From contig OW569345.1 in NCBI GenBank assembly GCA_937625935.1, forward strand, positions 186,001 to 250,000: a DNA stretch of 64,000 nt. The letters are read 5' to 3'. Positions 34,101 through 44,452 of the stretch are shown here, piece by piece (within the stretch, counting starts at the first letter, position 1; the number at the start of each line of letters is the position of its first letter). Position numbers and translations under genes: made by a program. This DNA is from Tetramitus jugosus. Taxonomy: Eukaryota > Protista > Heterolobosea. A model generated the notes under the pieces. The model saw nothing but the letters and a program-made list of their open reading frames with translations, had not been told where the DNA came from and ran no database searches.

Positions 34101-34302
34101 TAGTATTATCATTGTGAGATTGAGAAACATGTTGATTCAAATAGTGAATGGAGCGAGATCGGAGTGGGAGTCCAATACGACCACTCTCAATAACGAGTGA
34201 AGGTGATTTCATGAGTTGAAACAGTGCATGATTCACAATGTGTTGATTGATGCGATGATGATGATGCATTGTTGTTGTTGTGGATGTAAATTGACGAAGC
34301 AT
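31192..34302 (-). CDS. Mitochondrial m-AAA FtsH-type metalloprotease (AFG3L2/paraplegin-like)
   Basis: GPPGTGK|TLLAKA split by intron 32527-32610, [30 protein letters not shown] zinc motif, STGAQDDL; another intron at 33106-33210; two TM segments and a long presequence. Confidence 0.92.
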
Positions 34303-34571
34303 TTTTTGTGTTACAAAGTGTTGTTGAAAAACAATTCTTATGAATGTACACGCGGTGATATACTCAATGTTGTTGGATTCCTTCACTGAATTTGTTTTTC
34401 TGTGTTTTCCACAGAAACAACTTGAAAAAAAATCAAATTTTTGCATGCCCCGCCGCCAAGGCAAAATTGTGTTTTGTGTGGCTCTCGATTGTTCTTCCAC
34501 AACATGCGCATTCCAGCATTGCGGGGTTTCTTGATTGCCGAATTAAAGTTAAAATTCCGAGTTCCTTTACA

Positions 34572-35715
34572 ATGATGGATAAGGACTTGGATCAGGTGAT
34601 AGATACACTGAATGCATTTGTAACAAACTTTCTATTGTATTCTATTGTATTGACTGTTAGCAGTTTTGATCATTCTCGCCAAAAACTGAGTACCATTTTT
34701 CGTCCAATCAAAGAAAAAAACCCAAAGATGAATCGAAGCGCACCAATCTCTGCTTTGCTACGCTTTTTGCAGCACTCATTCGAAGAGGACAATCAATGGA
34801 AGCAATATCTTTCCAACTTGACATTCACAGATCAATCGCCAAGTGCCAAGATTTTGGCCAAGTACAAGCTCAAGTATTTTGCAAAGAACATTGATCCACA
34901 GTGTCCTGATGCCTCCTCGGTTCTCGATTCTCCTTATCGCATGTCTGTTGTTGAGCCCATTGGAACTCACACGAGTACATTGATCTTTTTGCGTATGTTT
35001 TTTACACCGGTGAAAGCTTGAAATGCCATTGACTTTGTTGTTTGGTTCTCTCTGACACTAATCTTTTTTTTGTCTTGATTTCTTAGATGGATTGGGTGAT
35101 AGTGGTGATGGTGGTTGGTTGTCCACTTGGGAATCAGAGTCCCACAAACGCAGGCTCTTTCCAGGCCTAAAGGTAATCTTGCCAAGTGCGTTGAACCAGC
35201 GAGTGACACTCAATCGTGGAATGTCAATGCCTGCATGGTATGACATTATCGGTCTTACACCAAATTCGGGTGAAGATGAGCAGGGTATTGATAAGGCGAG
35301 AGATCTCTTGCATAATTTAATCATTTCAGAGATGATTACGACCGGTATTTCATCTGATCGAATTATTGTGGCAGGTTTCAGTCAAGGTGGCAGTATGGCT
35401 CTGTTTTCTGGATTTACTTTCCCATTAAAGTTGGGTGGTGTGTTGGGCATGAGTTCATTTGTTGTCAGAAAGGCGCTGATGGAACAGGCTCTGCAAGATA
35501 GCAGCAATCCCAATATTAACACACCATTCCTCATGGTCCACGGTAACCAAGATCCTATTGTGCAATTGCCCTATGGTAAAATGAGTTATGAACTAGTGGC
35601 TCAATACCTGCAAGGAAAGAAGAAATGGAAGGAGTATGGAGGACTGGGACACTCCACCAACCAAACAGTGATGAATGATGTTGTCAAATTTATCAACGAG
35701 TGTTTGAGCACGTAA
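34572..35715 (+). CDS. Acyl-protein thioesterase/lysophospholipase (APT1/LYPLA-like) with N-terminal extension
   Basis: IFLH|GLGDSG restored by intron 34993-35086; MPAWYDI, GFSQGG, HG..D.IV and GHS triad motifs intact. Confidence 0.88.
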
Positions 35716-36151
35716 GGCAAATCTTCTATGATCTCTTTACCCACAACAGGTAAGTTTTGGTATACCTTTTTGTCAAATCCAGACCTACCAGCTAAATTAT
35801 ATCACCCCGAGTGATTTCCCTTGATGGAAATTGTCAATTTTTTTTGGGCAAACCTTGTTTTTCGCCAGATCAGATGTCATCTGTCCACATCTGTTTTGAA
35901 CAAACGAACAGAACCGCGCGTTCAAGATTATATTATAAGGTTCTCATGCACACTTGGCTTCACTTACACATCACATCACAGAGAAAATCCATCACTCCCT
36001 ATTTCTTCTGTTTTAAGAGCACACATGCAAAGGCTTCACAAAACAATTAACTATCAACCTATACCTGTACATTATATATACACCCATATATTTTCTATCA
36101 TTTATATATTATCTATATAAATATTTTTAAGTCCACAAGTATTACAAGAGA

Positions 36152-39100
36152 ATGGACGATAACGTAATTATTACTTCTAGTCAGCAGACAGTTGCATCTA
36201 AAGCTGCCAATGTATCACTACTCAAGCTCGGTACTGTAGGCCAAACCGTCCTCGGTATTGTTGTCACGAGCGTTGTGGTGATTGCCACAGCTGCGGTCGT
36301 TGTACTCATAGCCATTGGTGTCGGATATCAACCACCAGTTGCCAAGCCTGATGCTATTACTATTCACAAGACTGATACTGTTTCTATATTCCCCTTGGTC
36401 AATGATAAGGACCCCAAGGGTGCTTCTCTCGCTCTCACTCGGCTGTATAGACCAAAGTATGGTACCTTGACGATGAGCACTGACCGAAAGTCTGTGATCT
36501 ATACTCCTAATGGTGTTTATGCTGGTCAAGACATCTTTGAGTATATTGTTTCAAATGATAAGCTCTCTGCCACCAGTTATGTCAATATCACCATTCTGAA
36601 CCATGTTCCTGAATGTCTTGATTTTAATATTGCAGTTTCCAGAAACTCCAAGAACAATGCCTATTCGTTGTTCGAATTGGAACAGGGAGGGCTATCGATT
36701 CTTGATCTCGATGGTGACGAGCTTTTCCTGGAGAGCATCACTCAACCATCGGCTGGAGGTTCAGCACATTTTGATAACAAAACATTGTTTTACACTCCAT
36801 TGTTCCAAGCTACAGGCACAGATACTTTAGTGTATGTTGTTACAGACAAGAATGACACTTGCAGTGGAACAATTACCTTTGAATTGAAGAATGACGCACC
36901 AGTTGCTCAAGTGGACGCTTACAGAGTGAGAAAGAACCATGTTTACACGTTCGATATTTTAGCCAATGATTATGATTTGAATGGCGATCCCATTAGTATT
37001 ACCTATCTTGGTTACTCGAGAGGAAATACTTTGTTGAACGATAATGCAACACTAGTGGAGTATTGGGCCCTACCTACTACTGATCCATACTATGATAGCA
37101 TTGAGTATCAAATCAGTGATTATGAGCCATTATCAAGCACTTCTTTCGCGACGATTGAAGTCTACAACATGCCTCCTACTGCATTCAATAAGACAGTAAC
37201 TATTTCAAAGAATACTGCGAATAATAGAATTGATCTAGATTACAGAGATGTTGATGAGTTTGATGTTTTGACTGCTTCTATTATTCGAGAGCCGCAATAC
37301 GGTAGTGGTCAGTTGAGTGTAACAAAGGAGACAAAGCAAGTTCTGTACGCTGGGGAGACTTGGTTTAGCGTTGACAATAATTTTTACCATCTGATGTACA
37401 CACCAAACAAGAATAGTGACAAGGATGATGTGGTTCAGTTCCAAGTGACTGATTCATATGATACATCAACTGCATTCGTGAACATTATTGTTGAGAATAG
37501 TCCTCCAGTGGCTAATGACGACCATGCAAATTGTAGCAGAAATCATGATGTTGATATTAATGTTGTTGCAAATGACAATGATGTCGATGGAGATTTAATA
37601 GAACTTGTATTTAGCACAACGATCACTACAACCAATGGCGGAAAGGTTACTAAGGTATCAGATAAGATATTGAGATACACTGCTCCATCTCAATATGTTG
37701 GAATAGATAGTTTCACTTATACGATCAGAGACATAGTGCAAACTCCGTCCAAGTCATTAAGTGCATCTGCATCAGTCCTTATCAATGTTTACAATGAGGC
37801 GCCAATTGCGAAAGATGATTCTGCCACTGTACTCAAGTTGAAAACAGTGTCGATCCCTGTGTTGTCCAATGATGCAGATCCAAATGGTGATCCATTGACA
37901 ATTACAAGCGTTTCAGCGCCATCAACTGGTTCCTCCAACATTGTGATTAATGGAAGAAATGTTCAATTTACTGCTGATCGAACTGTTGGAAGAGTTTTGT
38001 TCACTTATGTTATTTCAGATGATCTTGGACTGACAAGCACAGCCACTGTTACAGTTGATGTTACCAACACTGCTCCAGTAGCATTGAATGATATCGCTTC
38101 GACAAGGTGGAATAGATCTATAACCATTGCACCATTGTCCAATGATGTCGATGCTGATGGGGACACACTAAATATTGCTTCATTCACATCACCAACATCA
38201 GGATCTGTGACTCAATCCTCTGGATCTGCATTCCTATATACTCCAATTAATGGATTCGTAGGAGTTGATTCATTCACATATTATGTGACTGATAGTGATA
38301 CTAGTAGTGCTAATCCAGCAACTATCACTGTTTATGTGAATAACACTGCTCCTGTTACGGTAACCGATACTGCCTCGATTCATTGGAGATCTCCGACCGG
38401 AGTTACTATTGACGTTTTGTCAAATGATTCAGACAGTGATGGTGATGCATTGTATGTCAAATCTGTATCTGCAGCTTCTCGTGGTTCATCAAGTATTGTT
38501 ACTCTATCAAGTGGCAAATTGGGTGTGAAATACGTCCCATCGAATCAACTTGGTATTGATAGTTTCACATATGTTGCCTCTGACTGGAATAAGAACACTC
38601 CTGGGACAATTACAGTTAGTGTGACGAACACTAAACCAGTTGCAATTGATGACACATATAGTATGCATTGGCGATCGAACAACATGACCTTCAATATCCT
38701 CAGCAATGATCAGGATGCAAATAGTGACCCCATTTCTATTTCCTCAACAATTCTCAACGTTTCGCCATCCAACATTGGATCTGCTATTATTTTGAGTAGT
38801 TCTACAGGAACTGTGAGATTTACAGCCACTGATCTAGGGTCATGTTCCTTCACTTACAGTGTTACTGATGGTGCAGAAGTTTCAGTCAATCCAGCCACAG
38901 TAAGAATCACTGTAACCAATGCTAATACTCCAAGTACATCACCAATATCCCGAACTATTCATTGGAGAACACTCGATACTGATGGATTCACTGAATTCTT
39001 CGTGTATAATACTGTTAAAGATTTAGATGGGGATGTGTTATCTCTCTCAGCCTCTAATCCCACTAATGGTCATGTTGTAGTGAACTCTGTCCAAGATTCT

Positions 39101-42100
39101 CCATCAACATTGAGGTTCTCCAACACTGAATCATGGAAGAAGGGTAGCTCATCATTTGATTACACATTGAATGATGGCAAATCTCAAAGTTCAAGCACTA
39201 TATCTGTTGAAGTTTACAACAATGTTCCAGTGGCCGGTTCAATCTCACTTGAAGTTGAACCAGATTATTTATTATCTGGAATAGACATAGATGCTGTCGC
39301 TGCGTCATCTGATGATGACCCTGAAGACTCTTCTCACATTTATCTTGTCGATGTGTATCCGAGTGGTAGTGTAAGTGGTGCAGCCACAGTTGTGGATGGG
39401 AAAATTCACTATCAACCAAATGTGGGCAGTGTTGGTACTGATATATTCATATTTGTCATCAGTGACGGTCTTGACACTGCTACTGGTGTTTTGACGGTTA
39501 CTATTAATTATGTTGCGGTTACGGCCCAGGATAAGTTCTATACCTTCCATTGGAGAAGCATTCAATCAGGCGTAGCTCTAAATTTAACTTCAACTCTCCC
39601 TGACAATATGAACCTGGAATCTATCAAGACCAATCCTCCAGCAGGGCATAGTCTGACGCTCCAAGACACCAAGATGGCTTTTTTCACACCTATCCAAAAG
39701 TTTATTGGTCAGGTAAAATTTGAAGTGTACTACACCGATGGAGTTACACAGGATGTTATATCAGTTACGGTAACAATTACGAACACAGCCCCAACCGCTC
39801 AAGCTAAACAAGTATCAGGACACTGGAGAACTTTGCTCAATTCTGCTTATGGTGGCTTCGATGTTCTCACTGGATGTAGCGACATCAACGGTGATAGCAT
39901 TGCACTTGTTTCTACGTCAATGACTAAGGGGTCAGGAAGCGTTTCTATGTCTGACAGATATGTAGTATATCTTGCTGGATCTCCAGTAAATGGCCTGGCC
40001 TTCGTGGGATCTGGAATCCAATTCAAGTACACGATCACCGACTCAATTCAAAATTCAACAGCATTGGTTGATCTGACAATTACGAACACCCCACCAGTGC
40101 CAATCCCCCAGACTTACACTGTTCATTGGAGTGATTACTCATCTGGAATGTTGCTGGATGTTGCAAAGGATGCTACTGATGCTAACAATGATCCTATTTC
40201 GTTATACTCTTTGGGTTCCGTAACTCCATCAAGTGCAGTATCATCCCTCACTCTTCAAAATGGAAAGGCTCTTATCACAGGAGTTCCACCATCAAGCTTG
40301 ATAGATAGCTCCTTTAACTTTGTTTACTCCGTCTCCGATGGTGCATCTATCGGTCAACAGACCGCAACAATTCATATTATCAATACTCCTCCTGTGGCTA
40401 ATAATCTATCTCCATCTGTACACTGGAGAGGCAATGCATCATTGGTTGTCACGCAAGCATCTACTGACGGAGATACCATCAGTATTGTTTCGTTCTCCTC
40501 TGATCAAGGATCAACATCAGGTAGAATTGTTGCTTCTGGATTCACTCTAGCGTATACTCCACCAGCAAATTTCCACGGAAAAGAAATCGTCACATACACT
40601 ATCTCTGATGGTATTCAAACTACAGTTGGAGTTGCAAATATCTCTGTGTATAATAATGCTCCAATCACTAAGGATTACACAGCCAGTGGTCACTGGAATA
40701 CAGTAACATCATTTACGTTCCCCGCATTAGCAGATGCATTGGATTCAGATGATTTGGACGCGGGTCACTTGCAAATTCTTAATCAATTTGATGGTCTGAA
40801 TGGAGATTTGGTCGCCTTATCCAATGGTGTAATATCTGTCACCCCGAGCGACACAAGCAAAACCTTAGGAACCCTCACAATTACATACTATGTAACAGAT
40901 GGGCAAGCTGTGTCTGCAGGAAAGTTATATATTTTATTGACCAACACAGCTCCCGTTGCCTCGAATAAGAACATCACCATTTCGAGAGTGTATGGACAAA
41001 GTACGTACACACTTACTGGAAGCAATTCATTGATGGTTCTTCCTCCTCAAGATTCAGAAGGAGACTCTCTCACTCTGGGAGTCATTTCTGGAGGACAGAA
41101 GACATCTAACTTTGATGTCACTGTGAGCATTCCGGAATACTTTGCTGCCACCAAGAATGTTGAATTTATTTACAATGATGGACTAGCCAACTCAAACAAA
41201 GCTATTGCATACGTCCGCTTTACAAACAGCCCTCCTGTGTGTCAAAATTCGACAATCACACTAGCAAAAGGAGAAACCAAGAGCGTGACGGTTCAGTGTG
41301 CGGATGCAAACGGAGATCCAATTTCTATCTCGGCTGGTACTCTACCAAGTGGTTTGACTCTTGCCACAGGAGGAATATTCTCCTTCACTGCTCCAACAGG
41401 AACAAAGGTGTCTTATGCTATCCCATTTATTGGCACTGATGGAGTGGGTGCCACCGGAAGTGCATACTTAAACATCAGAGTCTCAAGTCAAATACCTGTT
41501 GCCAACGACTATAGCTGGAATATTCTGGCAAGAAGAGATACAAAGGACTATTCCCTTAATTATTTGACGGCTTCAGGTGCCAATGATCCTGATGGTGATG
41601 TTCTATCATTCTCGATCGTATCTCACACTTGCACGAATGCACAGTTCGTCTCAATTAGTGGTAACACTCTCTCTTTTTCTCGTCCATACACATTCTCAAC
41701 TGGTACGTGCGAAATTTATGTCAAATCTACTGATTATGACACCGATAGTATTACCAAGACTGTTTTTGTGAATCTCACAACATCTGGTTTAGTCGGAGTA
41801 GGAAGAAGCATCACTGTGTCAAAACAAGAGGGAGCTTTCTTCACAATGACAGAATCTGACATCATGATCAATGACTATGATCCTTTGGGTGGTACTCTGG
41901 TATTCACTGCTTTCTACGTCAGTAGTGGTGATGGTTGCTCTTCTGCAAGTCCTCCATCCAACGGCTTCTGTGGAAACGTATCTCCATACTCTCCCTCAGC
42001 AGGAACTTGGAGATTAAGTCAAGCTTCCACTGATTGTCAAACTCAGCGCTTCAGATATCAATTCACATCCGCACAAGATCCATCTCAAATTGCCTATGCT

Positions 42101-43405
42101 ATTCTTGATGTCCGATTCACGGATTGCATTTGCAAGAAACCTCTTGACATTGTGTTCGTTCTAGATGGATCTGGCTCTGTTACATTGACAAACTTCAACT
42201 TGATGACGAAGTTTTTGAAAGATATTGTCGCCCCATTAGATATCGGTAGTGGAAACACTCAGACCCAAGTGGGTATTCTAGTGTTTAATTCTGGTATTGC
42301 AAGTCAATTCGCTCTTTCGAGCTCTAGAACAAGTGTCGATCAAGCTATCAGTTCATTGACCTATCCAAGAGGTAATACCAATATTAGAAGCGCCGTTCTG
42401 AGAGCTGAACAACTTCTCTTGGCTGGTAGAAGCGGTGTGTCAAAGATGATTATTACTATTTTCGATGGAGAACCAAACACTCCATGCGGCTGTGATGAAT
42501 GTGCAGTAGCTCCTGAAATTATTCAACTGGCAAAGTGTAACAGTACCCGCTACCCAGCTCGAACATGTGCCCATTGTAACGCTGACAGTCCGTTGAAGTG
42601 CAACCCTTGTAGTGATGTTTTGAGTGAAACAAAGAGAATTAATGCTCGAAAACCAGGAAATGCTCTGGGTTACTGGAGAGTTATGTCCATTGGCGTTGGT
42701 CCATACTTGAGTAATCCATCTGCTAAGGAGTTGATTCGAGATTTATCCTATGATCAAAATTTATCCTTGTCCGTCGATTGGACTCAACTGAGCACCGTTG
42801 TGTCAACTATCCAATCACAGAGTTGTGATCTTGTGGACACATCTACCCCATCCTCTCTATTCCAAGAAAGCACTGACATTTTCGCATATTGTGGTCAAAT
42901 CATTGGTCTAGCCACCAGTACCTCCTATTTGTGGACATCAAAAGCTAGTGATTCCCTCAAGTTCACCAACAATGAGTTCAATCCAAGTGATAGTAGAGGA
43001 AATCTGTTCCAGATTACCAATTGTGGTGCCTTTGGTGCAAAGTTAGCGCTTCAATCCTCTGCTAGTAAGACTTTTAGTTTGTGGAGCTTGCAGACGCAAA
43101 AGTATGTAGACGGCTCAAACTCTCTGTCCGCGTCATCTTCCACCCCTAGCACTACAACATATTACTTTGCTTCGGATACCAATTTCCCAAACACAAATGT
43201 ACCAACTTGGGTGTACTTGACGATCCAAACGAGTAGCTCTCGATCTTTCTATGGAACCGATCAGCTCACAATTTCTAAAAAGTCAGAAAGCCCATACTAT
43301 TTGCTTTCAGTCTCGTACAATGACATTGCCTATCGAGTTGGTTTGCCTGCTGCTTCAGCCTTCCCTACTCCCATAACAAACACAGCCCAAACAGGTGCCA
43401 ATTAA
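36152..43405 (+). CDS. Giant type II membrane adhesin-like protein: tandem cadherin-like/bacterial Ig-like (Big_9-type) repeats plus a vWA domain
   Basis: N-terminal TM at about aa 33-57; roughly 18-19 repeats of ~95 aa (N..P.A.DD...ND.D.DGD.L...YTP...G.DSFTY...D); vWA LDIVFVLDGSGS MIDAS near 42143-42180; intronless. Confidence 0.85.
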   Translation: MDDNVIITSSQQTVASKAANVSLLKLGTVGQTVLGIVVTSVVVIATAAVVVLIAIGVGYQPPVAKPDAITIHKTDTVSIFPLVNDKDPKGASLALTRLYRPKYGTLTMSTDRKSVIYTPNGVYAGQDIFEYIVSNDKLSATSYVNITILNHVPECLDFNIAVSRNSKNNAYSLFELEQGGLSILDLDGDELFLESITQPSAGGSAHFDNKTLFYTPLFQATGTDTLVYVVTDKNDTCSGTITFELKNDAPVAQVDAYRVRKNHVYTFDILANDYDLNGDPISITYLGYSRGNTLLNDNATLVEYWALPTTDPYYDSIEYQISDYEPLSSTSFATIEVYNMPPTAFNKTVTISKNTANNRIDLDYRDVDEFDVLTASIIREPQYGSGQLSVTKETKQVLYAGETWFSVDNNFYHLMYTPNKNSDKDDVVQFQVTDSYDTSTAFVNIIVENSPPVANDDHANCSRNHDVDINVVANDNDVDGDLIELVFSTTITTTNGGKVTKVSDKILRYTAPSQYVGIDSFTYTIRDIVQTPSKSLSASASVLINVYNEAPIAKDDSATVLKLKTVSIPVLSNDADPNGDPLTITSVSAPSTGSSNIVINGRNVQFTADRTVGRVLFTYVISDDLGLTSTATVTVDVTNTAPVALNDIASTRWNRSITIAPLSNDVDADGDTLNIASFTSPTSGSVTQSSGSAFLYTPINGFVGVDSFTYYVTDSDTSSANPATITVYVNNTAPVTVTDTASIHWRSPTGVTIDVLSNDSDSDGDALYVKSVSAASRGSSSIVTLSSGKLGVKYVPSNQLGIDSFTYVASDWNKNTPGTITVSVTNTKPVAIDDTYSMHWRSNNMTFNILSNDQDANSDPISISSTILNVSPSNIGSAIILSSSTGTVRFTATDLGSCSFTYSVTDGAEVSVNPATVRITVTNANTPSTSPISRTIHWRTLDTDGFTEFFVYNTVKDLDGDVLSLSASNPTNGHVVVNSVQDSPSTLRFSNTESWKKGSSSFDYTLNDGKSQSSSTISVEVYNNVPVAGSISLEVEPDYLLSGIDIDAVAASSDDDPEDSSHIYLVDVYPSGSVSGAATVVDGKIHYQPNVGSVGTDIFIFVISDGLDTATGVLTVTINYVAVTAQDKFYTFHWRSIQSGVALNLTSTLPDNMNLESIKTNPPAGHSLTLQDTKMAFFTPIQKFIGQVKFEVYYTDGVTQDVISVTVTITNTAPTAQAKQVSGHWRTLLNSAYGGFDVLTGCSDINGDSIALVSTSMTKGSGSVSMSDRYVVYLAGSPVNGLAFVGSGIQFKYTITDSIQNSTALVDLTITNTPPVPIPQTYTVHWSDYSSGMLLDVAKDATDANNDPISLYSLGSVTPSSAVSSLTLQNGKALITGVPPSSLIDSSFNFVYSVSDGASIGQQTATIHIINTPPVANNLSPSVHWRGNASLVVTQASTDGDTISIVSFSSDQGSTSGRIVASGFTLAYTPPANFHGKEIVTYTISDGIQTTVGVANISVYNNAPITKDYTASGHWNTVTSFTFPALADALDSDDLDAGHLQILNQFDGLNGDLVALSNGVISVTPSDTSKTLGTLTITYYVTDGQAVSAGKLYILLTNTAPVASNKNITISRVYGQSTYTLTGSNSLMVLPPQDSEGDSLTLGVISGGQKTSNFDVTVSIPEYFAATKNVEFIYNDGLANSNKAIAYVRFTNSPPVCQNSTITLAKGETKSVTVQCADANGDPISISAGTLPSGLTLATGGIFSFTAPTGTKVSYAIPFIGTDGVGATGSAYLNIRVSSQIPVANDYSWNILARRDTKDYSLNYLTASGANDPDGDVLSFSIVSHTCTNAQFVSISGNTLSFSRPYTFSTGTCEIYVKSTDYDTDSITKTVFVNLTTSGLVGVGRSITVSKQEGAFFTMTESDIMINDYDPLGGTLVFTAFYVSSGDGCSSASPPSNGFCGNVSPYSPSAGTWRLSQASTDCQTQRFRYQFTSAQDPSQIAYAILDVRFTDCICKKPLDIVFVLDGSGSVTLTNFNLMTKFLKDIVAPLDIGSGNTQTQVGILVFNSGIASQFALSSSRTSVDQAISSLTYPRGNTNIRSAVLRAEQLLLAGRSGVSKMIITIFDGEPNTPCGCDECAVAPEIIQLAKCNSTRYPARTCAHCNADSPLKCNPCSDVLSETKRINARKPGNALGYWRVMSIGVGPYLSNPSAKELIRDLSYDQNLSLSVDWTQLSTVVSTIQSQSCDLVDTSTPSSLFQESTDIFAYCGQIIGLATSTSYLWTSKASDSLKFTNNEFNPSDSRGNLFQITNCGAFGAKLALQSSASKTFSLWSLQTQKYVDGSNSLSASSSTPSTTTYYFASDTNFPNTNVPTWVYLTIQTSSSRSFYGTDQLTISKKSESPYYLLSVSYNDIAYRVGLPAASAFPTPITNTAQTGAN

Positions 43406-44452
43406 TAACACCAATAAAATTTTCCATAAACTTTTCGGGCGAAAGAATGTTTTTTAATTGTGAGAAGAGGCATTAATTGATCCTTCTGTTTGAGGGAAGG
43501 TCCTTAGTTTTTCCAAAGGATACTGCCAAGAGAGTGTCTGTGCCCAAGTTTTGTGCTTCAAGAGAAACTTTGGACTCGACAAATTCAAGGTCAATACAGA
43601 TTTACCAGGCAGATGATCAAAGTGGCTTCTCAAAGCGTCTTCATGATCTATCTTTCCTCTCAGATGCCTACTGTTGGTTCACTCTCGTCAATCGTTGGCA
43701 CATTATGGTTTCAATAGTTCTTCTCTGTTAATAATAATCTGATTTTTCAAGTCTGGCAACAGTTTTGCGATGGAACATGAGGAAATGAAAAGAAGAATAT
43801 TCGTTTCCTCAATCTGTTGTCTGTGTCACCATTTTCATCCTATCAATACTTCAGCCAATTGAATGGTCAGGGACAATCATCTGTTTAATTTTAGGAGCAT
43901 TGACGAGTCCTTCTAGATGTTTCCAATCCGGTACCAGCACCTACTACACCTACATGTTCATCTGTGCAACGTGTATCATCGGACTCCGCAACTACCAATT
44001 CCTCTCCAGGCTCTCCAGTCCGTTGCAGCACTGCGATTCAAAAGTCCAATCTCTGGTTGGTATCAGCATTATTATCGTCATCATGACTCACCACCTAGCT
44101 CTATCCTCATTTCCCCATCCTCCACTAGTGTTATGCTTGCAACTGTGTTTGCCTCTACTGTGGTCATCTGTTCGTTGCATCTTTCTTCACTCAGTGTCAT
44201 TTGATGCAGGCGCGAATTCCAAAGGTTTCCTTCCTTCTAAGACGGACTCCCGTACATCTCCTAGATCATCATGTTATGATAGTAATATGTGCAAGCGCCA
44301 CCACTAGTTTTTGTTCTCGTTCTGTTTTGGAAGCAAATGTCCGCTAATTTTTTCCGACCAAAAATCTCAAAACACAAATCAACAACGAACAAACAGACAG
44401 ACAAGAACAAGAGCGATTTGTTGTTGTTGTATTATTATTATTATTATTATTG

